From Felis catus (Eukaryota), in assembly GCF_018350175.1 (NCBI RefSeq), contig NC_058376.1, positions 14,198,001 through 14,262,000 of the forward strand: 64,000 bases of DNA, given 5' to 3'. Shown here one piece after another: positions 26,591 to 39,250 of the stretch. Positions within the stretch are counted from its first letter, which is position 1; each line of letters begins with the position of its first letter. Below the pieces are notes generated by a model. It saw nothing but the letters and a program-made list of their open reading frames with translations. It did not search any database and was not told where the DNA came from. Both the position numbers and the translations under genes were made by a program.

Positions 26591-27875
26591 TCCAAACTAC
26601 AAAGTTATTATGTTAAGTGCAGACACAATCAGCATTTCTGCACAAATAAGTATAGATATTTGAAAAACAATTATTTTATGAGAACTTAAAACTATGATGT
26701 GAGAAAAATAAGATGAAGGGAATAACATTTATTGAGAACAATTCCTACCTAAAGCACTGAATAGGCATGAAACAAAGAAAACAATTCTGTAATGTGCTCA
26801 GACCCAATTTTAGAAAGAAGAAACTAGTGTTCAGAGGATTTAAGCATATATCCAAATCTTTTAAAGCTTATATGTGGCACACCAATATTTGAACATATGT
26901 TTGAATTAATCCCTCCATTTTTTTTATTGGAGAGATATTAAGTACAAATTACTGAAAGGCATTGTACTCAGAGCTGGTCATTCAGGGATGCACAGAATAG
27001 AGATTGTCTTTTTCATCATGGATCAGTATCCAGCATTGTGAATGGAAAGGTATTGAAAATAATGCAATATAGATGGAACAATGTTTCAATAATCTAGGGG
27101 TATTTTTGCATGAAAGAAGGTGTTGGCAGTGACCCTGAAAAGAAAATGGTCTATTCTAAAGAATTTGTGAAGCACAATTTATAATTTTGAATTTCAAGGA
27201 TGAAAGATAAGGAAAGAAACTGAAGGTAAGTGGAATGGAATGTATTTTCTTTAAGTTTATTATTAAGGTGAAACATAGAGAGTGATCAGATTAGACCAGT
27301 GGAAAATATTCAAAAAAGAAAAAATGAAGGCTTATTGACTGAAGAAAAAATATTTATTAATAGAAGTTCTCAAAAAGTGAAATTGACAGTTTTGTAAAGA
27401 TCCCTGTTGAAGGTTGTCAATGAAGTTCTGAATCGCCACTCTTCCCCTTGCCCTTGATGTTCGAATATTCAGTACAATGAATGATCTTTCATAGTTTGTA
27501 CTCCTTTCCAACTTGGATTTAATAGTTGTTATAGTAAATTTAAATTTTGTATTGTTTGATTCTGAAAATGGTGATTTAAGTAAAATCTAGACAAGTAAGA
27601 TAAGCTAAAAACTCTTCCACAAATAAACAAACAAACAAAATCCCACTTTTTTGTAAGATTAGCCAAAATATCTTCCACANNNNNNNNNNNNNNNNNNNNN
27701 NNNNNNNNNNNNNNNNNNNNNNNNNNNNNNNNNNNNNNNNNNNNNNNNNNNNNNNNNNNNNNNNNNNNNNNNNNNNNNNNNNNNNNNNNNNNNNNNNNNN
27801 NNNNNNNNNNNNNNNNNNNNNNNNNNNNNNNNNNNNNNNNNNNNNNNNNNNNNNNNNNNNNNNNNNNNNNNNNNN

Positions 27876-28048
27876 CCAGTGGGGAAGGGGCAGAGAGAGA
27901 GAAAGAGAGATTGAGAGAGAGAAAGAGAATCCCAAACAGGCTTCATGCTGTCAGCACAGATCCTGACACGGGGTTGAACTCACAAACCATGAGATCATGA
28001 CCTGAGCTGAAGCCACACACTTAACTGACTGAGACATCCAGGCACCCC
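27876..28048 (-). mobile_element. Can-SINE (tail lost in N gap 27680-27875)
   Basis: SINE body ending catccaggcacccc. Confidence 0.9.
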
Positions 28049-28168
28049 TATGATTGCATATTGTTTATAGAAAGGTCAGATGTTTGATATAGAATAAGAA
28101 GAAAGGGTATATTTGGATTTATACACTTACAGGTATAGAAGCTTATGTGTAGATGCATAACTATAAAC

Positions 28169-28392
28169 CAGAGTTTCTAGATCCCAGTACTGTTGATATT
28201 TTGGACCAGCTATTTCATTGTTGTTGGGGCTGTTCTGTGCCCTGAAGAATTTGCAGCATCCCCAGTTTCTACCACTACATGCCAGTAGCATCCAACCACA
28301 CCCAAGCCTTGACAGTTGACCACCTGTCTAGATATTGTCAATTGTCTCCAAGATTCCAAGAGGCAAAATCACTCACAGGTTGACAACTACTG
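28169..28392 (+). mobile_element. MER20 (hAT-Charlie), near full length
   Basis: cagagtttct..tactgttgatattttggaccag..ttgttgttggggctgttctgtgc..ctaccactacatgccagtagca..ggcaaaatcac..ggttgacaactactg with CAG..CTG termini, ~224 bp. Confidence 0.85.
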
Positions 28393-29051
28393 ATACGGAT
28401 GGGCTAATAGGTTCATAGTTTGTTTCTCTTGTGGTGTGGAAAGTGGATGAGTAGAGACAGTAGAGACAGTTAAAATGTAGGATGGCCCAGAGAGAACCAC
28501 TAGATCTCCTTCTTTTGAGGAGTCTCTTTATATGTGCAGATGCTTAATCCTGGGATAAGAATGTGTGACCGTCTTTGCAAATTCCCAGTTCCCAAGACAG
28601 CACCTTGGTTGTGGCATGTGCTTACTTAGTGTCTGTGGAATTCAGCTAAGTTGCTGAAGGAATGTTTCGCAAACAAAGCAGTCAACACAAATGCATAAGT
28701 TATTTACAAACTATTGTAATTTTAGAACTATGTGCAGAGATGAGAAAAACTCAATTAGAAAAATAATGGGATTCTGGTTAGGTCAAGTGAAAATTTAATA
28801 TATTTCCCCTGGAAGATGGGATGCAGGTAAATAGATTTGTAGGCTTGTTCTTTGGATTAAATACAGTGTTAGAATTTTTAGGGCTACAGAGTTTCTGGGA
28901 CTAAAAAGCTGGGAAGGACTATGTATGCAAGGACCAAAGCACTGGAGGTCCTGATATTGTTTCTTTAACCCTCCACATCCTGCAGGCGGGGTGTGTGGTC
29001 TTCCTAAGTTTGCTTCAATAACCAGTTGTCTTTATAATTTACATATATATA

Positions 29052-29260
29052 TTTTAAAAGTTTATTTATTTATTTTGAAAGAGAGAGAGAGATAAAGCAT
29101 AAGTGGGAGAGGGGCAGAGAGAGATGAGAGCGAGAATCCCAAGCAGGCTCCACACTGTCAGCACAGAGTCTGAAGTGGGGCCCGAACTCACGAACCAAAC
29201 CAGGAGATCAAGACTTGAGTGGAAATCAGACGCTTAACCAACTGAGCCACCCAGGTGACC
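29052..29260 (-). mobile_element. Can-SINE
   Basis: SINE body and tail on the minus strand. Confidence 0.92.
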
Positions 29261-29901
29261 ATAGAGTTTATATTCTTTTAAATGGAAGTTTACGGAGTTT
29301 AAATGCGAGTCCTTCTGAGATGGCAATTGAATGCAAGTGCAAAAGGAGGCAATAGAATAGGTATTTTCCCATTTGCTTGATTCCAACAAGATGTACCTAC
29401 ATGAGGAGTGTCATTGACAGTGGACTACCCCGTGGAAGAAACAAGGTGAGAAGGAAAGGCTGGGCAAGACATGATGCTGAGTCCTGCAGAGCACCTCATT
29501 TTCTGCTATGTTCTAAATCTTTTTCTGAAATGTCAAGAACTTGGAGCAAGTGTCCTTCTGATCACTTGCCACCAACCAAACCTAACCGGATCACCGTATG
29601 GAAAATCATACAGGATAACAAGTCTGAGGGAGGGGCCAGGGAGGGAAAAAAGGAGTCTGGGGAATTCTGAAAATCAGTATTCAACTCTAGTCTTTACTGT
29701 ATTATGGATAGGGATGAATTTTGTAATTTTTTGGTGATAGGGATGCAGAATTGAGGTTCCTTGAAAGGTATATTTTTCCCATGAATTCTTTGCTTATCCC
29801 AGTCACTTTTAGGATATCAGAAGGATATTTTGCTGTGGAGTGCTGAGTTGTGTTGCACATGGAATTTTGTAATTGAGGTAATGTATGGATGGTATTGAGG
29901 T

Positions 29902-29904
<3 letters not shown>

Positions 29905-29932
<28 letters not shown>
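29905..29932. repeat. (CA)n microsatellite
   Basis: Directly visible. Confidence 0.95.
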
Positions 29933-30168
29933 GTATGTATGTGTGTGTATCTATACATCTACACGTATGTATATATGTATCTGATCCAAGTGCTAATTAT
30001 AGGTGTCTTCTTGAAAAATGACAGTGGTTCAGCTGAGGCTATGAAAATCATCAAAAAATTAGAGAAAATAGGGAAAGAAGTCATACATAGTAGACATTTC
30101 TGGAATGTGGTAGAAATTTGAAGGCTAAAAATAAACAAGCAAGTGCTATTTTCTGTATCCTGGTCATT

Positions 30169-30379
30169 TAAAAAAAAGTATTTATTTACTTTGAGAGAAA
30201 GAGAGAGAGACAGTGTGAGTCGGGGAGGGGCAGAGAGAGAGGAGAAAGAGAATCCCAAGCAGGCTTCGTGCTGTCAGAGCAGAGCCTGACTCAGGGTTCC
30301 ATCTCATGAAACATGAGATCATGACGTGAGCCGAAATCAAGAGTCAGACACTTAACCGACTGAGCCATTTAGGTGCCCC
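30169..30379 (-). mobile_element. Can-SINE
   Basis: TSD atcctggtcatt at 30157-30168 and 30381-30392. Confidence 0.93.
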
Positions 30380-31623
30380 AATCCTGGTCATTGTTTGATC
30401 TTCGGTAGAAAGACTATTTATTCAGTGTGGCATCAAAACACCTTGCTACATTTCTTTCTCTCAGATGTGGCTGCAATTTGGGTTTATACTTTTACTTCCA
30501 CTGATCCTTAAATCTGTCTTGTATAAAATGTGGACCAAACACCAGCTCTGCCCAAAGGTTCCAACATTGAAGGGACAGTGCTTCCTCTAGAATATCATTA
30601 GTAAAAAAAAAAAAAAGTAGTTTCAAGAAATCTTGGCAAGTGCTATGACATATGTCTGCATATAGGAGCAAAGAGGAAGATCATTCAATCCAGACAGTAG
30701 CAGCAAGGAAAAGCTTTGTGTAGGAAGTGATTACAGACCTGAGTGTAAAGGAAAGTTTTATTAACTGAGAATTAAGGGTAGCCAGAAAATATTACTGGCA
30801 TTAGAAAGGACACACACTTTCCTCTTTTGTATGTTGAGAAGGCAAGTATGATAGAGTAATTTGGAAGAAAGGGGACATACATATTGTATTTCAAAATCAC
30901 AATGAGCATTTTTGTCAAAGACTGAGACCTTCTGTCAACCGGGTAATCTTGGGAACTTTGAATGAGTAGAGTGGAATCTACATATAAATAGGGGTAAAAG
31001 TTGATTTGTGTGCTACTTTATGTCATGACAGTGTCAGGAATTGAGAGCGGGCTCTTGCTGTAGGTATCTTAAAGTTATTCACTCTTCTGCTTCTGAACTA
31101 AATGTGCAATGAACAATAGTGGTAGGAGAAGGAAAAACTGGTTTATTAAATTGAAGGAAGGCACTGGTACCTCATGATATGAAACTCTGATAAGATCTGC
31201 ACTGGAAAAAAAAGTTTCGTTTTTGGTTTAACTGAGGCATTCTGTTTTCTCATCCAAATAAACTGCAAGACACTTACATAGCCACAGAAAATGAGACAGA
31301 AAAGGAGGGCTGCCCTACTCCCCAGGACCTCAGTTTGCCTGGTATATAGAAGAAGAACATATAAGAAGATACACGCATATATAGCACAGTTCTCCAAACT
31401 TATTAATAGTCAGTGTCCCAGTGAAAGTGAATGAATTATCAGATGTTGAACTGCTTCTTGGGATTTGAGGAGGGTTGAACAAAGGGGTGGAGGAATGGAA
31501 GTTGAGGGTGAGTGGGAAAAGCCTGGCAGAAAGTAGCAAGGATTCCAGAAAGGAGATAGGAGTTATTTTCTTCCCTATTGGCAGAGGCAGCTATTTTACA
31601 AAAGAGAAGAGATCAGGAGTTAC

Positions 31624-31817
31624 AGGTGCACCTGGGTGGCTCAGTTGGTTAAGTGTCTGACTTGGGCTCAGGTCATAATCTCAAGGTTTGTGAGTTCTAG
31701 CTTTGGGCTCTGTGATGACAGTGTAGAGGCTACTTCACATTCTTTCTCTCCCTCTCTCTGCTTTCTCCTGCTTTCTCATTCTTTCTCAAAAATAAATGAA
31801 TAAACTTAAAAAAAAAA
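31624..31817 (+). mobile_element. Can-SINE ~290 bp upstream of the gene-1 TATA
   Basis: aggtgcacctgggtggctcag head and A tail; absent at the paralogous site of the other seven units. Confidence 0.9.
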
Positions 31818-32106
31818 GAGGGGCAGAATTTTTCTATTCCCCTCAGCCTTGTTATATATATTGAAGGATAGGAGGTTGTGAAGGCGAGTATCAGTTTTAT
31901 GGACAGCACATGATTCTAGTGAGACAATTCTTTGGCAGAGTGAATTAAAATGCTGTTCTTTAAATAAAACAAGAGTGTCCAAAAATAATGAGCTCATTTA
32001 TCCCAAGCCATTATTGATTGTTCACGGTGCCTGGCACACCACAGCTACTTACATGTTTGTTGGGAACGTCAAGGGATGAATGGCATGCTCTGCCAATCAT
32101 TGACAG

Positions 32107-32114
32107 TATATAAA
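32107..32114 (+). promoter_or_regulatory. TATA box of gene 1 (paralogous TATAs at 36071, 40098, 44144, 48155, 51875, 56057, 59840)
   Basis: tgacagTATATAA conserved in all eight copies, 83 bp upstream of the ATG (86 bp in gene 1). Confidence 0.9.
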
Positions 32115-32192
32115 GGTCCAAGGCTAGTAGCAGACACACAGTTCACCACATCCTCTCGCAACCCACGTGAACTCTCTTCTCTTGACAACAAC

Positions 32193-32480
32193 ATGTGTTG
32201 CAACTACGGCAGCTCCTGTGGCTATGGCTGTGGATATGGCCCCTATTATGGCTGTGGTTATGGAACAGGCTATGGCTGTGGCTATGGTAGGGGATGTGGC
32301 TGTGGATGTGGCTCCTGGTATGGCTGTGGCTCTGGCTGTGGATATGGCTCAGGATATGGCTGTGGCTATGGCCCCTGCTGTGACTATGGCACCAGATATG
32401 GCTGTGGCTGTGGCTATGGCTCTGGTTGCTGTGGCTACCGACCATTTTGCTATAGAAGATGTTATTCTTCTTGCTGCTAG
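32193..32480 (+). CDS. KRTAP21: Keratin-associated protein, KRTAP21-like, copy 1 (95 aa, class A)
   Basis: MCCNYGSSCGYGCGYG...CCGYRPFCYRRCYSSCC; single exon; TATA and AATAAA (32756); N- and C-termini match the KRTAP21 family. Confidence 0.92.
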   Translation: MCCNYGSSCGYGCGYGPYYGCGYGTGYGCGYGRGCGCGCGSWYGCGSGCGYGSGYGCGYGPCCDYGTRYGCGCGYGSGCCGYRPFCYRRCYSSCC

Positions 32481-32755
32481 AACATCACTGTCCAAGCCAC
32501 ATTTGCTTCTGAAATGACACACCTTAATAGAGGGCTGAGTCAAGGATCCATACCCCAAGATTTCTATATCCAAGAAATTGTATGCTTCACAGAGGGTTTG
32601 ACCACTGGTCAACTATTGTAGGATGGCATCTTGCGGCTGTATAGTATCATCTTACTTTTTTTCATATATTGGTCTTTACTTCCTTAATCTGGATTCTGCA
32701 TTGTGACCGTGGCAACAATCCTAACACCCCGCAGTTGGGGAAATCCTTTATTCTC

Positions 32756-32761
32756 AATAAA
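32756..32761 (+). terminator. Polyadenylation signal of gene 1 (paralogues at 36680, 40684, 44771, 48752, 52444, 56686, 60427)
   Basis: ctcAATAAAaatg conserved in all eight copies, followed by T/GT-rich sequence. Confidence 0.88.
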
Positions 32762-35700
32762 ATGGTTCTTTGCTTCTAACACGTCTCTGTGTTCTTGCTT
32801 GTGAATTACTCCTTTTTTCAGGTGTTATGGCTTCTCTTGAAAATTGGGCTGACAGTGTTTCATGAACCTGGGGCTCCTCCTTGATATAATACAAGCATTT
32901 CTACTCATAGGTGAATCAGAGAAAATGTCTTCTTCACCTGTTTCTCATATTCCTCTTGCTAAGGTCCTCAAAACCCAACACAAATCACATAGTATTTCAG
33001 AACTGTCACCTGGATATCACAGTGTATCTAGAATGGAGGTGGAGGGGAAAGATAAGGAGGAATGACATCTCTTCAGGAGGTTGTGACACAAGCTCAAGGG
33101 AGAGGAGGTGTGGCCTGAGTACTTCAAGGATGGAGTGGAAGAGAGAGTTTCCAGGATTAATGAGAAATTAGAAATGGACTCAGGTGTCTAATGAACTAAG
33201 GAAAGGGTAATTTAGAAGAAAGATGTGGTATTGTAGCCTCTGTATTTTAATGGAAGTCCGGATGTATTTGTTGGCATATATTGAGAGTGAGGAAATTGAT
33301 TTCAGTCACTTAACTCACAAATAGTTTAGAATGTTTATTAAAGGGAACTATCCTACATGCTGAAGATACAGGAGCAAAATTGTAGACAGGATTCCTGCTG
33401 TCAGAGCATTTCCATTCTAGTAAGTGAAAATTAAAAAAAAAAAAGAATTAATTCGGATAAATTTAGAGAGATAATTCCTATGGAGGGAATAAAACAGCAT
33501 CCTTGGGAAGAGAGTTGCAGGATGAAGTATTGGAGAGTTAGTTCAAGGAGGTATTTTGACATTTTGTGTAAAATGAATTAATGCCCGTTGAAAGAAATAC
33601 TAGAATGAACAGCTGTAGGTATAAAGAGGAAAGAGAAATTCATTAAGTTTTGGGTATGATCAGTGGTGCCACAATTTTTGGTAGAAAGGAGCAATGATCT
33701 AGTGCTGTAAATGAGCTCTCTTTGTTTGGGGCACATATAAGAATGAGATTAATAGTCCCAGTTGATTTTCTGAGTTTGAGGGCTGACTACTTTGTTAGGT
33801 TCTGACTTCAGTGTTCTATCCCTGTGTGACTTTCCAAATCTCTAACATTTGACCCTACATCAGAAAATGTCTTTTCAGACTGAATTTCCACCAATAGAAA
33901 AAATGAGTCATTGTCTCATCTCCATGACAAGGGTCACTGCACAAAGTTTGGATCTGAGGAACTTGGAGCTAGGAGACTAAAACACGGCCAATTCCAAGGA
34001 AGATGGCTCTGTCATCAAGGACAGCCCTGAAGTGAGGTTATGCCCAGGATATAATGTGTCTTGCTGATGAATAAATAAGGCTTCTTTTAAGGGTTGAATA
34101 GTTTTCATAGATAGGATATTTGTAAGTAATTTCTGGGGACTGACTGTGCTCTGGGTTAATCTGAGGTGGGTACCACTTACAAACAGCAGAAAGGAATGCT
34201 AATAATTACAGTTTGTTAAAAATTTACTCATTGTTTCATTATGTTCTTGTCTTTGAAGGCTTTCTGAAAGAGGGAAGAATATCAAATTAGGCACTTGTAT
34301 AATAATTTACAAATCCACTAAAGGGTTAATAATTTATTAGGTATATAAGATAATTTATACAACAGGAAAAATGTGTTCATAAACCGACGACTATCTCCAA
34401 ATGTGAAATTTGAGGCTCACTCAAAGAACATTTGTGACTCTCAGCTTGAATGGATTAAGAACATTGTGATAATACATTGAATTATCTTATAACTACTAAA
34501 TGCACACCAACGTTGGAACACATTTTTGTTTTAATTCATTTTTTAATTGGGGAAATATTGACTGATTTCAAATTATGTGCCAGGAACTCTACCTACTGGT
34601 GATACTGATGATTTCTTCTGCCGTAATGGATCTGTATCCAGAGATCTGAATGGAAAGGTACTAGAAATAATGCAATTAAAGCTAGAAAACTTTTCCAATA
34701 GTTCAGAAGTATTGTGACAAGAAAGAGGGTGTTAGAAAAACAAGTGTGTATTCTAGGGATTTTGTGCATTAGAGTTTATAGCTGTGAATTTCAAGAATGG
34801 TAGAAAAGTAGAGAAAATTAAGTCAAAGAACAATTGTAATGGATATAGTTTCCTTAAACTTCCTGTAAGGGATGAATCACAGCAGAGTGATCAGATAGAC
34901 CAGTGACCAGTATTAGAAAAAGTAATAGGAAATACTGTCAAGTGAAGGAAAAATGTCTACTAAGGAAGGATCACAGGAAAGGAAATCAGCAGTTTTATGA
35001 AATTCCCAGTTGAAAGCATTTAATAAAAGACTGGATGTCACACATTTCTTTGTTGGGAAATTTTAGTGTGGAAGTAGAGGGAATAATCTTCCTGAATTTG
35101 TACTCTCTTCCAGCTTGGATTTTATAGTTGTCACATTAAAAAGTAATGCAAATTTTGGATTCTGCCAGATTCATAAAATGGTGATTGATGTAAAGCCTAG
35201 ACAATGAAGATAAGCAAAAACATCCCAAGAAACAACCATACAAACAAAAAACAGNNNNNNNNNNNNNNNNNNNNNNNNNNNNNNNNNNNNNNNNNNNNNN
35301 NNNNNNNNNNNNNNNNNNNNNNNNNNNNNNNNNNNNNNNNNNNNNNNNNNNNNNNNNNNNNNNNNNNNNNNNNNNNNNNNNNNNNNNNNNNNNNNNNNNN
35401 NNNNNNNNNNNNNNNNNNNNNNNNNNNNNCTGTTGATGGAATGCTTCTATATTTGGTTTACCTGAAGAGAAAGGAAATATTTGGAATTAGACACCAATAA
35501 ATAGAGAAGCTATAGATGCAAGGTTATAAACCAAGGTTTCTAGATCTCAACACTATTGGCATAGTATAGCAGATATTTCATTGTTGTTGGGGTTTGTTCT
35601 GTGGCTTGGGATTAGAGTCTTCCCTCATTTCTCCCACATGCAGCTAGTAGGTATCTGCAGTAGGTATCTGGATGTCAGAATCCTGGCAAGATGTTGCAAT

Positions 35701-36153
35701 GTTTCCAGGAAGGAGATGAAGTATTTCTTTCCTTGTGGGCAGAGGTAGATATTTTGGGAGTGTGGAAAGATCAAGGAGGACAAAACTTTCCAAAATTTCC
35801 CTCAGCCTTATTATATAAAGTATGTTAAAAGATAGGACGTTGTAAACATGATTCCAGTTTTACCTAAAGCACATGATTCTCCTGAAATATTTTTTTTTGG
35901 CAGAGTGAATTAAAATGCTGTTCTTTAAATAAAACTGGAGTCTCCATATTAATGAGATCACGTTACCCAAGACATTATTGATTGTTGACAGTGACTGGAA
36001 CAACACAGTTGCTTACATATTTGTTGGGTAAGTCAGGGGATGAGTGACATGCTCTGCTAATTACTGACAGTATATAAGGGTCCAAAGCAAGTAGAAGACA
36101 CGCACTTCACCACATCCTCCCACAACCCACGTGAATTCTCTTCTCTTGGCAAG

Positions 36154-36399
36154 ATGTGTTGCAACTACGGCAACTCCTGTGGCTATGGCTGTGGATATGG
36201 CTATGGCTGTGGATGCAGTCCCTATTATGGCTGTGGCTATGGCCTCCGTTATGGCTGTGGCTATGGCTCAGGATATGGCTGTGGCTATGGCTCCTGCTGT
36301 GGTTATGGCACCGGATATGGCTGTGGCTATGGCTATGGCTCCAACTTCTGTGGCTACCGGCCATTTTTCTATAGAAGATGTTATTCCTCTTGCTGGTAG
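36154..36399 (+). CDS. KRTAP21: KRTAP21-like copy 2 (81 aa, class B, ends SSCW)
   Basis: Intact G/Y/C-rich ORF; TATA 36071; AATAAA 36680. Confidence 0.92.
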   Translation: MCCNYGNSCGYGCGYGYGCGCSPYYGCGYGLRYGCGYGSGYGCGYGSCCGYGTGYGCGYGYGSNFCGYRPFFYRRCYSSCW

Positions 36400-37355
36400 A
36401 ACATCACTGTCCAAGCCCCACTTGCTTCTGAAATGACATGCCTTAATAGAGGGCTGATTCATGGATCCATTCCCAAGATTTATATTTCCAAGTAATTGCA
36501 TGCTTCATAGGAGTTTTGACCTCAGGTGAACATTTGTGGGATGACATCTTCTGGCTTGAGGCTGTGTAGTGTTATCTGACTATTTTCCAAATGTTAGTCT
36601 TTACTCCCCTAATCTAGATTCTGTGTTGTGACTGTGGCAATGATCCTTTCATCCCACATTTAACAAATCCCATATTCTCAATAAAAATGGTTCTTTGCTT
36701 GTAACACATCTCTGTGTTTTTGTTTGTGAATTACTCCTTTTTTGAGATGTTGTATCCTCTCTTGATAATTGGACTTAAAACATATGTCATGAATATGAAG
36801 GCTCTTCCTTGACATAATACAAGCATTTCTTCTCTTATGTGCATCAGAGATAATGACTTCTCCAACTATTTCTTGTATCCCTAACACCACAACACAAATC
36901 ACACAATATAAGAACTGTGTTCTTGAAATAACACTGTATTTAGAATGGAGTTGAACAGGTAAGGGGGAGTTACAACACCTCTTCAGAAGATTGTGACACA
37001 AGTCCAAGGGAGAGGAGGTGTGGCCTGAGTGCTTCAAGGATGAATGGAATGGAAGAGAGAGTTTCTAGGATTAATGAGAAATTATAAGCAGCCTCAGCTG
37101 AGGTAAAAAGAACTAAGGAAATGCAAAGTAAAAGAAAAATGTGGTATCAATCATCTGCATTATGAAGGAAGTCCAAATATATCTGTTGGCATATATTGAG
37201 TTTGAGTAAATTGATTTAAGTCAATTAATTGACAAATCGTTTTGAATGTTTTTGAAAGGGAACTGTCTTACACCCTGAAGTCACAGTAGAAAAGTTATAG
37301 GTGAATTTCTTGCTCTCAGAGTGGTTCCATTCTAGTAGGTTAATAAAAAAAAAAG

Positions 37356-37412
37356 GAAGAAGAAGAAGAAGAAGAAGAAGAAGAAGAAGAAGAAGAAGAA
37401 GAAGAAGAAGAA
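37356..37412. repeat. (GAA)19 microsatellite
   Basis: Directly visible. Confidence 0.96.
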
Positions 37413-39016
37413 TTAATCAGATAAATGTAGAGAGATAGTTTCTATGGTGTGAATAAAACAGCATCCTTGGGAAGAGAGTGCAGGTTTAAGTTTTGCAGAA
37501 TTAATTTAATGTGGTTTTCTGACATTTTGTTCAAATGAACTGATGTCACTTTCAAGAAAATACTAGAAAGGACAGTTGTAAATGTAAAGGGGAAAGAGAA
37601 AATCATGAGTTTTGGGTATGATCAGTGGTGCCACAATTTTTAGTGCAAAAGAACAAAGCCTAGTGCTTTAAATGGGCTCATTGATGGGGCAGATATAAAA
37701 TGAGATAAATAGTTCCAGTTGATTTTCTGAGTTTGAGGGAGTACTACTTTGTTGTACTACTTTGTTGTAGACCTCCAACATTTAGGTCCTACAAAAAAAA
37801 TGTCTTTCAGACACAATTTCAACCAGCAGAATAAAAGACTCAATGTCTCATCTCCATGACAAGGGTCACTGCTCAAAGTCTGGGTCTGAGAACCCTTGCT
37901 CCTGGGCTCCACGACATGGCCAATTCCAAGGAAGATGGCTCTGCCATCAAGGTCAGTCCTGGAGGGAAACTACACCCAGGATATAATGTGTCTTACTGAC
38001 GAGGAAAGAGATGTTCTTTCAAGAGTTGGGCAATTCTCACAGATGGAACATCTGTAAGTCATTTCTGAAGACTGACTGTGTTCTGGATAAATCAGAGGTG
38101 AGAAAATTGTATACACAGGGAGAGTCAATTCCAATCATTACAGTTTGTTGAACATCTAACTTATGGTTTCATTAGGTTCATTTTCATTGAACACTACCTG
38201 AAAGAAGGCAGAATAGTATTCATTAGGCACCTATCTCATACGTTCTATTTCTAGTAAAGGGTTTATCATTTATTAGGCATATGAGGCAACTTGTATATCT
38301 GTAGAAATGACTTTGAAAACTAACAGATATCTTCACAAGGTGAAATTTGTGACTGTTTTAGCCATGAACATTTGGGACTTTCGGCTTGAATGAATTGAGA
38401 ACATTATGACCTGTATCCACATTCTTATAGATTCTAAGTGATACCAACGTTTGAACATGTTTTTTTTTTTTAATGTGTCTGTTTGTTATTGGCAGAAATA
38501 TTGAGTTGAGATTTGTGCCAGGCACTATGCTTAGAACTAACCGATGATTCAAGGACACACAGAAGAAAAGATCTTTTCCTGCCATTAAACATCAGTGTCC
38601 CGAGCTCTTAATGGAAGTGTATAGAAATAAGGCAATAAAGATAGGAAGTGTTTTTCAATAGTTTGTGGGCATTGTGACCAGAGAGTGGCTGTTTAAAAAG
38701 TATCATGCCTATTCCAGGGAACTCATGCATTGGAATTTATGGTTTTGAATTTCAATAATGATGGAAAAGTAGGAAAATTAAAGGTAAAGAACATTTGTAA
38801 GGGGATATATATGTTTTAAATTTGTTGTTAGGGACGAAGCATAGTGGAGTGATCAGATAACCCATAAGCAATGTTAGAAAAAAAAAAACAGTAGGAAATA
38901 TTCTCAACCGGAGGAAAAATATCTAATAATGAAACTTCTCCGAAAAGGAAATCAGCAGTTTTATTAAAATCCCTGTGGAAGTCATTCAATAAAGGACTGG
39001 ATGACACTCATTTCTT

Positions 39017-39250
39017 TCTTTTTTTTTTTTTTTTTTTTTAATTTTTTTTTCAACGTTTATTTATTTTTGGGACAGAGAGAGACAGAGCATGAACGGGGGA
39101 GGGGCAGAGAGAGAGGGAGACACAGAATCGGAAACAGGCTCCAGGCTCTGAGCCATCAGCCCAGAGCTGATGGGGCTCGAACTCCCGGACCGTGAGATCG
39201 TGACCTGGCTGAAGTCGGACGCTTAACCGACTGCGCCACCCAGGTGCCCC
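39017..39250 (-). mobile_element. Young felid SINE (SINEC_Fc)
   Basis: CpG-rich, long polyT, perfect 17-bp TSD gatgacactcatttctt at 39000-39016 and 39251-39267; empty paralogous sites at ~51023 and ~58982. Confidence 0.97.

Noticed and set aside
34251-34258. CTTTGAAG (LEF1/HK-1-like hair gene motif), also at ~53919
   Set aside because: About 2 kb from the TATA and not conserved in most units (ctctgaag, cattgaac).
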